64,000 nucleotides of DNA from Octopus sinensis (GCF_006345805.1 NC_043004.1:930001-994000), one strand, 5' to 3'. Shown: positions 16,359 to 29,329, counted from the first letter of the stretch. The notes: a model not told the origin generated them from the sequence alone. Numbers and translations are program-made.

Positions 16359-16900
16359 TTTTAGGAAGGATGTAATGCATCTATTGCAGGTCCCGGAGAG
16401 GCTACCCTTCCTGTCACCCTGTAGCTTACGGGACGTATACCTATGCATTGCTTTCTGTTGGTATGGTGCTTGCTTCTCCTCCGAGCTTCTGTTTAGATAG
16501 GCCAGTCCAGCTTCCTTTGGGTTGCATGAAACGGCTGTATTCTCAGAATACTTGCTCAGTAGTTCTTCTCCAACCCTGAAGATGTTGTTGCTCTCACTTT
16601 TAAGTATAAAAAGAATGTACTCATTTCTTTCTTCATTGTTCAGCAAGCGTCGTCTGAGTGATTAGAATGCGATATTCAAGGGCTGTTCAGACTGCTCTTA
16701 TACCTCTACCACCATCACTTCATTTCTCATACATATTATCGGTATCACTGTTAATGTGGAATTTGCTAGTGGTGGTCAGTACTTTTCTGGTTTTAATGTT
16801 CAGGCTGCGTATCTCGCCGAGGGTCCAGTCCAGTCTCCCAGATGTTGGTACAAGCACTGATGCTACAAAACTATTGTGAGATGTAGTCTGGTTAAATGCA
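15500..16900 (-). mobile_element. R4/Dong-like LINE 3' half, decayed
   Basis: LDWTLGEIRSLNIKTRKVLT, GGRGI, FAIQEQEIVTK, CRLC...HISGSC...RHD, then a degenerate RLE. A (TA)n run lies inside. Confidence 0.8.
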
Positions 16901-17291
16901 AACAGCTCTGAGTTCCATAGACCTGAGGCTATAGTAGGAAACACTTGCCCAAGGTTGCACACAGTGGGACTGAACCTGGAACCATGTGGTTGAGAAGCCA
17001 ACCTTTTAGCCTGCGCCAATGTATGTATGTATGTATGTATGTATGTATGTATGTGCACGCGCATGTAAGACATTTTAAGAATATTTTCAAAACAAAATTC
17101 TACACGAAGCTAATTAAATGAAGAATCAGAAAACTAAAAAAAGAAAAAAAAATGATTATAATATAAAAAATAAAGCAATAATATGAAACAGCAACATGCC
17201 CCCCCAAAAAAACCAAAAACAAAAGTGCCTGTATGCGACGTATTTCTTTGTCCCCAACCGGTCCTCGACCAATTACAGACGCATGTCTTAC

Positions 17292-17342
17292 GTGTGCCAT
17301 TAATTTCGTTATCAGGTTTGGCGACGGTTCCACGCGGGATGA
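17292..17342 (-). CDS. Exon of putative secreted protein (IPRGTVAKPDNEINGT), phase 1->1
   Basis: Acceptor taagttttcag|TC, donor ACAC|gtaaga. 51 nt in unique sequence. Confidence 0.55.
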
Positions 17343-17405
17343 CTGAAAACTTAAACGATGTGAAGACTTAATGTAGAATTAAATATAAAAACAACGACTG
17401 TACAA

Positions 17406-17450
<45 letters not shown>

Positions 17451-17565
17451 TGTTCATGAATGCATGTATATCCTATTTCGATGTAACAGCGAAATCGCGC
17501 AGAGACAACATGCCCGACTTTAAGGTTGAGTTAGCAATGTTGATACCGATACGATAGGACATGTG

Positions 17566-17611
<46 letters not shown>

Positions 17612-17670
17612 CATACACACACATATATACATACACACATATATAATTACATGCATATATATATATACAT

Positions 17671-17714
<44 letters not shown>

Positions 17715-17828
17715 GCATACATACATGCATACATACATACATACGTATATATATGTGTTTATGTGTAAGTATATATGTATGTTATATATATAAATGTATA
17801 TCTATGTATGCATGTACATATGTATATA

Positions 17829-17868
<40 letters not shown>

Positions 17869-17882
17869 TGTAAATATATGTG

Positions 17883-17943
<61 letters not shown>

Positions 17944-18295
17944 TCATACACACTCACAGAAACTGACATAGAGACACATGAATCGTACATGTACATATCC
18001 AAGCCACAATATATGATATGCATTATCTGTCGTCATTTAGCTGAATCTCAATTTATCTGGATAATATATAATAAATATGCACACATGCAAACACATACTC
18101 AGCATATATACATACATGCATACATAAGTATATATATCTCTCTCTATATATATATATATATATACATATACATATGTGCGTATGTGTGCATATGTGTGTT
18201 CGCGTATAACGAGCGACCATTGCTGTTTGCATTCTGCCGCCAAGAGGACCTTTATTTATCAGTGCATTCAGGCGCACACGCACACACACACACTC

Positions 18296-18343
<48 letters not shown>

Positions 18344-19649
18344 ACACACACGCACGCACACACATATTAACCGTTATCTCTTAACTATGAAGTCATTAGA
18401 TAAGAATTTCAAAAAACACTGATTTTAATTTAATTTTTTTCTTTTAGGGTGGACAATAAACAAAGAGAGAAAAATAAATAAACAACTTTTTTTCTTTTAC
18501 CAAATTCTGATGCATTTTTTAATTCCTAATCTCATGGATTTCTTCTGCTATTGCTATCTGCCTGTGATAAGCTATTAACTGGCGAAAACGAACTTAGCGC
18601 TTCAGACATGTTTACACCATAGCAAGAGTGAATGTACGACACATCGTTCTTGCGTCACGAGGCGATGCTCAAATTCCTTCATATTAATTAGACGTAATCA
18701 TTAACCTAAACTTAATAAACGCAATTAAATTAGTGGGATCGAAGGCCAAGTGGTAGAAAGACAGAGAGAAAGTGAACGACGACGGCAAAGTGTATCTGAT
18801 ATCCTAATTTTTGTTAAGATGTTTACTTTAATAAAAGAGATTGGTTCAATTACCCACCCCTCTGCTCCTGCAAGTCTGAGTCTACCAACTTTCAGGGAGG
18901 TATTCTGTCTGTTTTGTCTTCTCTATAGAATGGCTGGGCTGGAAGGCTAAACGCTCTGCTCTGAGTTCAATCCCCACCGAGGACAACTTTGCCTTCATCT
19001 TGCAGTGTCAATAAAAACAAGGTTCTAGTGAGGAATTGGGGCCATTTTTATCAACTAACCCACTTCTCAAACATTTGTTGTTGTTATTTTTTTTTGTCTG
19101 TGTTAGAAATGATCGATTTCAACATTTGATACAAGGCCAGCAATTTTGGTGGCGGGAGCTGGTCGATTACACACACCGACCCCAGTGTTCAACTGGTACC
19201 CTTATTTCATCGACGTCGAAAGGACGAAAGGCGAAGTCGACCTCGGCGGCATTTGAACTCTGAATGTAAAGTCGGAAGAAATAGCTCTAAGCATTTTGGC
19301 GGGCGCGGTAACAAACGATTCTTCATTCTTTTCTACTCTAGGCACAAGGCCTGAAATTTTGGGTGAGTGGGGGGTCAGTCGATTAGATCGACCCCAGTAC
19401 GCAACTGGTACTTAATTTATTGACCCCGGAAGGATGAAAGGCAAAGTCGACCACGGCGAAATTTGAACTCAGAACGTAACGGCAGACGAAATATCAATTT
19501 TTTTATTGCCCACCGGGGGCTAAACATAGAAATGGACAGAACAACTGATGGGATCAGTAAAGCGATATGATTTTACATAAAATGGGACTTTTAAAAATTA
19601 AATACAATATACAGAAAATCGAATGAAATTAACAATACAAGGACAACAC

Positions 19650-22030
19650 AAATGAAGCGACGACTTCAATCTGGCATACATTTATACAGCTCGTACGGAA
19701 GACCATCAAGTCCCGGCAACTTACCCGCTTTACAGTCGGCCATCACCTCCACAGGCGTGATTGGCCCTTCGCAAGACTCCGCATCCGACCCACAGAGACA
19801 CAGCAGCCCGGCAAGAAAGTCCTCGAGGGCTCTCCCACCACCAGGACCGCCGTCACCCCCGAACAGCTGGGCGAAGTACTCCAGAAAGGCCTCACACATT
19901 TTCTCGGGTTCGTTTACCAAGACACCATTTTGATTCGTCAAAGACCGAATAGTGGAATTATTTCCTTGCCGAGCTTCCACTACTAGGGCCCATCCAGCAG
20001 CTTTGATTCCTTCACTTCCCAACGCACGTAACTTAGCTTAGGCAATACTTCCCATGTGTTGGGTTTCAAGATGCTGGTTCAACTCCAGTCTCTTCACCTT
20101 CACTTGGTCCGCATTACCAGTCCTCCAGGCGTCTTCTAATTCCTTAACTAGACCATTTCCTATTCTACGTCCCTTCTTAATTAAACTTATGCTAAACCTA
20201 ATAGACTCATATTTGATGGCTCTTTTTAGGGCGTCCCACCATTTGTTATTAATGATGGTACCTGTTAATGCCCTCTGTATAAACATCTTGATCCGCTTTC
20301 TGTACTCCTCAATCGCCAAAAGGGACGTATTGAGTTTCCAGTAGCCAGATCCCTGACTATGCAACTTATTTACCGTCAGTTTAGAGGTAACCATCTTGTG
20401 GTCACTGTAGCTGACTAGAAAAATCTGTGGGCACTCGACTGTGGATTTATCTGTTTCTCTAATTAAAATCCTATCTAGATATGTTCTGGAAGGCCCGTCA
20501 CTATTTGACCACGTCCCCTGTGGAGTGTTCGGGTGTTCCAACCTATATGGATCTGCTAGCTGAAAGTGACTTAGCAGATCCCACAAGCCTGGGTTACATT
20601 TTCTGTTCATGTTCGAACCAACACAATCTGTGTGTCCATCATATAATGCGTTAAAGTCGCCTAACAATACTAGCGAATGCGACGTGGCTAGGAACCTGCC
20701 TAAGTTACGAAAATATTCACTTTGCGGACCCATAATGTTGGGTGCATAAATAGCGACTAGCCTGATTGTCTTGCCACAACTGAATGTCAGGTCAAGAGCG
20801 ACCAACCTGCCTTCTGGGTCTGAAAAAAACCAACTTTTTCTCGGCTACCCGGTTTCTTTTTAGTAGGACCAACAACCCACCCCACCTCCCGCCAGACTCG
20901 GGATGGGGAGAAGATCTCTTGGCCCCTTCACCCGGGTTTCCGTTGCAACAATTACATCCAAATTTCTCGACTGATGTCATTTAGGAAGCGCCCTTGCTTC
21001 CAACTTGACATCAGACCACGAACATTTATACAACCATTGTGAATAGACGTGACTTACCTTTTAGATCGGGGCGTCCTGTGGAGAGGGACTCTCCACCTTT
21101 TCTTGACTTAGGGTTGGAGATGGTAAGCCTTCAAACATAGATTGGTGAAAATCAAGTCTCCATGTTGAGACCAATTTTCTATATGTGTTAGACAACATAT
21201 TGTACGTTTTTTCGTCCAATTCATAAAATTCATAGTTTTTATATTTCTCTGACAGTTCAATTAATCTAGTTGCTGATTTTTTGGCTTTTATTTCCCGCAT
21301 TAAATCTTCGTTTTTGCTGTATAGTGCAGCTATTCCTCTGTTCATCACCCCCTCCGCCTTCCTCGGTCTGTCTCTCTTGGCTGTTTTTTTTTGTTTTTTT
21401 TTTTGATCTCGGCTCGCTCTGCTTTTGCTGGTTCGAGCCTTCCATTTTCCTTTTGCTATTTATTTTTCCTTCAGTTTCTCTCTCTCTTTCTTCCTCCCCG
21501 CCGTCTTATTCTTCTACTCCTTCTTTACAATATTTTTTTAATGTGACCCAATTGGCTATACTGGAAACATCGGGGCTTACGCCCCTCAACAAAAATATTT
21601 AGAACTTCCTCCCCTACTTCTACGATTTCTATGAGCTGTTCTAAAATTTTTTGGTCAGCCTGAGGTTGAGCGTTTGACCAGTCCAATATGTATTCTCTGT
21701 GACGGTAGCCTGCAGGAGGTTAATATTATCCTCCTTGTTTGACAGGACTGCCGCTATCAAGCACATAGGGTTTACTCGGGGTGGAATTCTTGCTATTCTC
21801 ACTTTAGATGTTCTTATTCCCATGTAAATTGTGCAATTGCGTTGAGGTGACACAACCATCAGTGTTTTTATTGAGTCACCTTCTCTATATTATTATTATT
21901 ATTATATTATTATTATATTATTATTATATTATTATTATTTCCGTTTTATTTCTCAAAGCTCTCGATTTTACTTGTCCTGGTAAATTTTTTGTAAGAGCGG
22001 ACAGCAACCTGTTCTCAAAGGTCTCTTAGA
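19650..22030 (-). mobile_element. Tx1/L1-type LINE: ORF1, APE endonuclease and start of RT; remainder deleted
   Basis: LVAIYAPN, VLLGDFNA, TWSNS..SRTYLDRIL, SDHKMV, GYWKLNTSLL, PGLDGLPYELY; ORF1-like frames at 21061-21860. Confidence 0.88.
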
Positions 22031-22260
22031 GTTTCTTTCCACGATACTTAACAGCCAAGTGTCAATCTCAAAACCCTCGCTGTCCCCAATAGAGCAGTTT
22101 TCTGAGTATGTTCTACCCACTTAAGCGGCAAGCTGGCAAAATCGTTAACCCGTCGGACAAAATGCTTAACGGCTTTTCTTCCAGCTTTTTAAGTTCTGAG
22201 CTCAAATATCACCGAGGTCAACTTAGTCTTTCATCCTTTCGAAGTTGATAAAATAAAGTA

Positions 22261-22646
22261 CAGTAGAACCTCTCGGTTCGAGTACCCCTTTATACGAGTA
22301 ATTTGCTGTACGAGCCGAGACTCGTGCGAATTTTTGTCTTGAAGTACGAGCAGAAATTCGCCTTACGAGCTCACAAATCGTCCCGTCATTAAGATAATTC
22401 AGTTAATAAAACCAGTTTACATATTTCTTTTGCATTCTCTTTTTTATAATTATCATTTTACTTGTAACTACACTTTTCTCTGTTTTAAAACCCATAAAAA
22501 ATTATTTTTGAGTGGTTTTGAGGGGCTAAAACGGATTAATTATATTTTACTTAATTTCAATGGGGGAAATTGATTTGTAAAACGAGTAAATCGTAAGACG
22601 AGCTCGATCATGGAACGAATTAAACTCGCACTGCGAGGTATCACTG
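22261..22646. mobile_element. pogo/Tigger-like MITE inserted in a SINE
   Basis: TIRs CAGTAGAACCTC / GAGGTATCACTG; TA duplication at 22259-60 and 22647-48. The host SINE resumes on both sides. Confidence 0.8.
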
Positions 22647-22689
22647 TACAGTTAAGTACTGACGTTGATGTTATTGACTAACCTCCCAC

Positions 22690-23790
22690 AGAAGAAAAAT
22701 ACGATGCCCTTGCGCCAAAATTTGCATCTGGCACCTGAAATGTCGTCAGGCACTCACCGCTCTCTACCGGTTGTACAATGCGGTCGGTGGAGCTTCTCTA
22801 TTAGCTCTGCATAGAAATTTTGTGGTAGGTAAGAGCGATAACTTTTTCGGGGGAAACTCTAGGTGTTGACGAGTACGAACTAGCCTGTTTGTTCCGGAGG
22901 ACTTATGGCCTGGGAACTACCATAGATAATTTCCAGAAACCCATGGCCTTGCTGTGTTACCGAGGGGCGCCTCTAATTCGAGATAAAGTATACAAGACAA
23001 TGTTATTATCAGTTCGAATACGCTTGATGCACGTTCGAACTGAGGAACAAGCTACTCACTGCGTTTTGTCACGGAGTGTATATCTCGCTTGTTGACAAAT
23101 GGTGTGTATACACTTAGATCAGGTCGCAGTGCCATTAATCTAGACTGTGAGATGTTAACAATTCGGAGTAGTTATCTCCTCGTCAGTGACAGACACTAGG
23201 CAGACAGCACTGCCAAGTGAATTAAGAGATTACATCTTTTATGATTTTCCAGTCGCCGTAGGATGACTGGCAGCGCTATTCGGCGGCCTACCGGTAGTAA
23301 ATTACGGAGCGGGGAGCGCTAAGCAGTGCTAAACGAAATTACAATGTTATCGTCAGTCAGAATATGTTCAATGCAGGTTCGAACTGGGAAACAAGCTACT
23401 CAGAAGTGCTGTCAGGTGGGACTGTCTGAAATGCGCACAGGGCGACGAAACTAAGCTGTACGCATTTGTGAAGTGACCAAGCGCTGCTGACTTTTGGCGT
23501 TATGTGGAACAGCTGTTGTTGAGTGGAGGACGATTCCGACCGTCGGTTAAGTTTAGTAACAAAGAAGAGCAAGCGGTGTGCTGTCTAGTGGCCTTGTCGA
23601 AAGGGGATGAGTGGGGGACGAGGTCGAAAGGACTGTGGACAGATACATTCATCTTCGGTCAAGTCCTCATCGGTGACGGTGAAGACGGAAGATCTCTCCT
23701 CCTGCAGTTCGTCAAAAGGTGAGTGACAGAGGCAGAAAATAAAGACGGAAAGGAAAGGCGGGAGAAAAATAAAATTGAAACTATATAAAG
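22690..23790 (+). mobile_element. Tx1/L1-type LINE 3' fragment
   Basis: LFRRTYG..IDNFQK..CYRGA..RDKVYK and CLVALSK..WGTRSKGL.TDTF, homologous to the 9860-10200 segment. Confidence 0.7.
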
Positions 23791-23856
23791 AATAGGTAAA
23801 AGTATACAAAATGAAAATGGAGAAGAAAGTGAAATGAATGGAAAAAGTGAAGCAGC

Positions 23857-23892
<36 letters not shown>

Positions 23893-24353
23893 AGAAGGAG
23901 AGTGAGAGACAGACAGAAATACAGCGAAACAGAGAGAGACAGAGACAGAGAAGGAGAGAAAGATAGACAGAGAAAGATAGACAGAGAAAGAGAGAAGGAG
24001 AGAGAGAAAGAGAGAGATAGAGAAAGGGAGAGAGAGAGATAGACAGTCAGACAGAGACAGAGAAAGAGAGAGCAAGAGAGGGAGGAAGAGAAAGTGAGAG
24101 AGAGAGAGAGAACAGTTTTCTTAGAGTAAATTCACTCGCTACAAAGAACCCTGGTGCGTTCGAGACTATTAAAGAAGCCACTTGCCCTAATTGCGCCCTC
24201 AGTGGGATTGAACCTGAAAGCACCCCGTTGCCAAGCGAACTTCTTAACCACGCAGCTAAGCTTGCACCTCTTCACACACACACACACATACATACACATA
24301 CGCCACACACACACGTGTTTGTGTGTGTGTGTGAGTGTGAGTGTGTGTGTAAA

Positions 24354-24384
<31 letters not shown>

Positions 24385-24419
24385 TGTGTGTGTGTGTGTG
24401 TGTGTATCTGTAGTGTCTG

Positions 24420-25560
24420 TGGAATAATCCTTTTGACTATAGGCACGAGGCTTGAAATTTCCGAGAAGGGGGCCAAGTTGATTACATCGACCCCCATTGC
24501 TCAACTGGTACTTTTTTTTATCGATCCCGAAAGGATGAAAGGCAAAGTCGACCTCAGTGGAATTTGAACTCAGAACGTAAAGCCGGACGAAAAGCCGCTC
24601 GGCATTTTATCCGGCGTGCTAACGATTCTGCCAACTCGCTGCTTTAATGTCCGTGGAATAAAGATGTCAAATTTTGGGACAAGGTCAGCAAGATCGGGGA
24701 TGTGAGAAGTCAGTTACATTGACTCCAGTATGCAACTGGTACCTATTTTATCGACCCGAAATTGTAAAAGGCAAAGCTGACTTTAGTAGAATTTGAACTC
24801 AGAACTTGAAGATGGACAACGTTCCGTCAAGTATTTCGCCCGGTGTGCTAACGATTCTGCCAGTTCGCCGCCTTTATATCCGTGAAATAATCCTTTCTAT
24901 TCTAGGCACAAGGCCTGAAATTTTTGGGAAGGGGACTAGTCGATTACATCGACCCCAGTGTTTAACTGGTACTTAGTTTATCGACCCCGAAAGGATGAAA
25001 AGCAAAGTCAGCCTCGGAGGAATTTGAACTCAGAATGTAGCGACGGGTGAAATACTGCTAAGCATTTCGCCCGGCGTGCTAACGATTCTTTTTTCTTTAT
25101 TTCCCACAAGGGGCTAAACATAGAGAGGACAAACAAGAACAGACAAAGGGATTAAGTCGATTATATTGACCCCAGTGCGTTACTGGTACTTATTTAATCG
25201 ACCCCGAAAGGATGAAAGGCAAAGTCGACCTCGGCGGGATTTGAAATCGGAACGTAACGGCAGACGAAATACGGCTACGCATTTCGTCCGGCGTGCTAAC
25301 GTTTCTACCAGCTCGCCGCCTTTTTCATTTCTACTCTAGGCACAAGGCCCGAAATTTTTAGGGAGGAGGGAGCCAGTCGATTAGACCGACCTTAGTATGC
25401 AACTGGTACTTAATTCATCGACCACGAAAGAATGAAAGGTAAAGTCGACCTCGGTGGAATTTGAACTCAGAACATAAAGACAGACGAAATACGCGCTAAG
25501 CATTTCTCCCGGCCTGCAAACGGTTCTGCAAGCTCGCCGCCTTTATGTCCGCGGAATAAT
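24420..25560 (-). repeat. Tandem array of about five diverged copies of a tRNA-derived SINE
   Basis: Recurring ~230-240 bp unit containing tcgaccccgaaaggatgaaaggcaaagtcgacctcggcggaatttgaactcagaac. The same family occurs near 19000-19500, 26900, 27420, 44750-45130, 48070 and 56780. Confidence 0.85.
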
Positions 25561-25677
25561 GAACTGGAAATGAAATAAAAAAAAAAGAAAAAAAGAAAAC
25601 AAGAACCAGTGAAGGAATCGTTGCTGGTGACGAGCACGTTTCACCAAGGCAAAGCATCAAGCAATTCATATACGTGA

Positions 25678-25876
25678 CTAAGGGTTGTGGTGGAAGGCAG
25701 AAATGTATCTATTTGTCTCTTTGTTGTAAACACTGCGGAAAGCCCAGACAGTGTTTTGGAGATGTTGTTCTTTAAACATTCCCATTACATCACAGACTTT
25801 CTTAATTTCGGTTTTGTGGGAAAATATTCTTGAGCCTGGCACTGCAAAGCTGTTGTTGTTTAACCTCAGGTCAGTA
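25678..25876 (-). CDS. Candidate exon with a C-type-lectin-like half domain (TDLRLNNNSFAVPGSRIFSHKTEIKKVCDVMGMFKEQHLQNTVWAFR...)
   Basis: Acceptor cccactttcag|T (phase 2), ungapped similarity to exon 1656-1789. The 3' boundary is uncertain: a weak phase-1 donor at 25734/25733, otherwise a stop at 25678. Confidence 0.4.
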
Positions 25877-26106
25877 CTGAAAGTGGGTATTTTATGATCA
25901 GTTGCATTCCAGCCGTGACCAACCCCCTTTTTTTTTGGCATAGTATGTCTTTTTCCTTGGTTTGTTTTTATTTTACAAAATTTTTCTTATGCAGCACCGA
26001 TTCTATAAGAGGCTGCGCAGTTATCCATTTCGATTGCAGTACACACACACACATACACATTTGAATATATATATATATATATATTCCTGAAGCTTTATCG
26101 GAGCGG

Positions 26107-26163
<57 letters not shown>

Positions 26164-26414
26164 CCTGAAGTTTTATCAGAGCGCTATATATATATATATA
26201 TAATATTAATTAGAGACAAAACCACTATTTTGCAAAACAAACAATTTAATTTTAATTTTAATTTTTATTAAAATTTTATGTATTGATTAAGTCTTTCCTT
26301 GTTTGTTTTGCAAAATAGTGGTTTTGTCTCTAATTAATATTATATAATATTTTACTATAAAATTGGATTTAATCCTAAATCTGATTTTTTCCCTGTAAAT
26401 TTGGATTTATTCCC

Positions 26415-26478
<64 letters not shown>

Positions 26479-26712
26479 TTCAATCCATATAAACGAAATC
26501 CTCCATGGTATACAAAGTACATACATAGATGCTTTCATCTATATGATATATAAAAATGTCTGAAACAAGCAAGAGAGTGATAAAGCAACACATTGCTTGC
26601 ATAACAAATTAACCTTCGTATCACTATAATACTGTTATATTCCTGAAGCTCTGTCGGAGCGCCAATCGGTTGAGCTGTATAAAGTGGATACCTATATCAC
26701 TTATTTCTTCAT

Positions 26713-26791
<79 letters not shown>

Positions 26792-27157
26792 AGTACAGTA
26801 TGTCTATTAATTTCGATATATATGAATATTTTCCCTCAACTGGCCCTGTCCTCTTGAACATAATGCCAAGACACATAAGGGAAACGATTCGTGAATGTGG
26901 AATAATCCTTTCGGACTATAGACACAAAGCTTGAAATTTCGGAGAAGGGGCCAAGTCGATTACATCGACCCCCATTGCTCAACTGGTACTTTTTTTTTAT
27001 CGATCCCGAAAGGATGAGAGGCAAAGTCGACCTCAGTGGAATTTGAACTCGGGACGTAAAGCCGGACGAAAAGCCATTAAGCATTTTATCCGGAAAATTC
27101 CAGCTAAATCTCCTTCACCTGGATATACTTCGGCAAACAATAACTCTTTACTAAAAC

Positions 27158-27198
27158 CTGACAATGATGGCCAAAAGTATGACAGTAACATGATACAT
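27158..27198 (-). CDS. Candidate first exon and signal peptide (MYHVTVILLAIIV), phase 2
   Basis: ATG, a hydrophobic stretch, then donor CAG|gtttta. TATATAAA at 27285-27278 and an Inr-like TTTCAG near 27251 lie upstream. The phase matches the acceptor at 25876. Confidence 0.35.
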
Positions 27199-27754
27199 GA
27201 TTAAAAGCCTTCTCCGGGTGGTGCTAATTAGATAGCCATGGCTTGGTAGCTGAAACCCATCTAAGTATCTAAATATATTTATATAAGCTATTTACTTCAA
27301 GCTCTACTGCTGCATTCATCTCAATCATATCAATGGAATCAAATATAAAATAAAAGCTTGTCTGATTTGAACCCGTGAGTTGAAACTAAAAACAATCACA
27401 GCGTGAAAGACACATATTGATTTCAAATTGTGGCACAAGGCTAACAATTTCTGGGGTGGGGTGGGGTGGGGTGGGGGGTAAGTCGATTACATTGACCTCA
27501 TTGTTCAGCTGGTACTTAATTCATCGACCCCGAAAGGATGAAAGGCAAAATCTACTTAAGCGGAATTTGAACACAGAACATGAAGACTTACTAAGTGCCG
27601 CTACGCATTTTTGCCCGGCGTGAGAATGATTCTGCTTGCTCACTGCTGTATGAAAGCCACTTAATAGCTAATTAAAACACACACACACAAAGGCTGTTAA
27701 TTTCACTTAATCATTTATTATTTGGTGTTAAAATGTTCGTCGTACCGTTCATGG

Positions 27755-27927
27755 TTATTCGCTGTTGTATGAAAAAAAGATTTTCAAATTTACTTCAAGT
27801 ATTTGTATTATTGATTGTTTCAAAATCCGTTTTGATCCTGTCGTTATCTTCCCCGTCTTTCTATGTGCTGGCAATTTTACAAAAGATACAAAATTATTCT
27901 GTTCAATAATGATCTGCCGTCTAAGTT
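27755..27927 (-). CDS. Probable terminal exon of the membrane protein (K-LRRQIIIEQNNFVSFVKLPAHRKTGKITTGSKRILKQSIIQILEVNLKIFFSYNSE*)
   Basis: In frame after a 43-nt gt...ag intron (27928-27970; acceptor tttttcttatag). Minus-strand AATAAA about 40 nt past the stop (near 27715). Confidence 0.5.
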
Positions 27928-27970
27928 CTATAAGAAAAACTTCTACACGAAAGAGGAAAGTTAACCTTAC

Positions 27971-28601
27971 TTAAAGTCTCACAGAAAAGTGTTGATTGCG
28001 GCACACTGTGAAGTACATGGAAACGATGGAACAGCGTTGTCATATAGGACGGTTTGCAAAACTTTCTTTCTAGTTGTGCTAAAAAAATTTCTATGGTATT
28101 GACAAAAATTGAAGTTATGCAACACAGCACTAGTGTTTGCCATATAGTGGACGTTGGCGATATTACAGGATAAAGCAGAAGTTGGATGTACGTTAAATAC
28201 AAGGTTACAATGAATAGATTTTGAAAAAACAAACCATCGAGATGAAGCCGGTCAAATACAGTGACGAAAGATCCATAGAACGGTTGACAGAATGAACGTT
28301 CGATCCGATTGACGACGGCGTCGCTCCAACTTTCGCTTTCGGTAACATCTTGTAACACTTTCTTTTGTGAACATATGTCTATAATTGTTATTACTAGAAG
28401 GCTTCCGAAACAAACAAAAGGTACCATTGTAAAATAAACCCGTAGAATCTTTCGCAAATATTTTCGCCAAGTGGTGGAGAATATTGAAGCGTAAGATAAA
28501 ACTGAAGCAGTTTGAAAGAAAATTATTGCAACTAATAAGGTGTCCATTTTGATTATAGTTTTTATGACTTGCGTTTTCTCAACAACAGAAATTTGAATTT
28601 T
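27971..28601 (-). CDS. Large exon of an unassigned multi-pass membrane protein (KIQISVVEK...MDTLLVAIIFFQ...FCETL)
   Basis: Acceptor gttttatag|AAA is in frame 18 codons upstream of the Met at 28547. About 210 open codons in non-repetitive sequence with roughly 4-5 hydrophobic segments. Donor TTAA|gtaagg. Confidence 0.7.
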
Positions 28602-28756
28602 CTATAAAACGCGAATGATGATAAAAGAATTTTTAAAGTAAAATAGAATCAGAACAGTATTATAGTGATGATGCGTAGGTTAATTTGTTATGCAAGCAAT
28701 GTGTTGTTTTATCACTCTCTTGCTTGTTTCAGTCATTTCACTGCGGCCATGCGGGT

Positions 28757-29299
28757 GCGAAATTTTTTTCCCACGAGAGCTCCGGACCCCAGTAATGAAC
28801 TCATTTGCATACAGCCAATCAGAGCTCACCATGACCTTATTGTCAAATTAACAAACACACTCTACCAAGTAAACTCTAGACGAAGAACGGTGTTGTAAGT
28901 CGACCGATCGCCAAGTTACGCCTGATTTTAGAAGGAGAGAAGTAATTAGATAGATTAGCAGCTATAGCTATTATCGGATTTTGTTAGGGCCCCATATGGT
29001 AAAGATGTGGATGGGAAAATGTGGGTAGAGGGTGATGTGCTAGCAGCCCTTTCCCCTTGTTGTTTTAGAAAGTAAACAACAACACAAATAACTACGCGGA
29101 GGCAGCCATGGTTGAAACAAGAACAAGAACAACAAGCATTATTAAAAGAGTAAAGAAGCATGGTCATTCCTTTACCCATGTGACCTTATCGCCCATCACT
29201 TGTTATGTGCTCATAACTTAGTTTAATAGTTGAGCTCTGATTGGCTGTATGCAAATGAGTACATAACTGGGGTCCGGAACTCTCGAGGGAAAAAATCGC
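28757..29299. mobile_element. MITE with ~70-bp terminal inverted repeats
   Basis: 28757-28828 is the near reverse complement of 29231-29299. No clear TSD was identified. Confidence 0.65.
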
Positions 29300-29329
29300 A
29301 TGCGTGGGTACTGCCTTAAAAAGTTTAGT

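Noticed and set aside
23504-23722. Plus-strand exon ending at a strong AAG|gtgagt donor
   Set aside because: The peptide matches the 3' end of the Tx1-type ORF2, so the donor is probably incidental.
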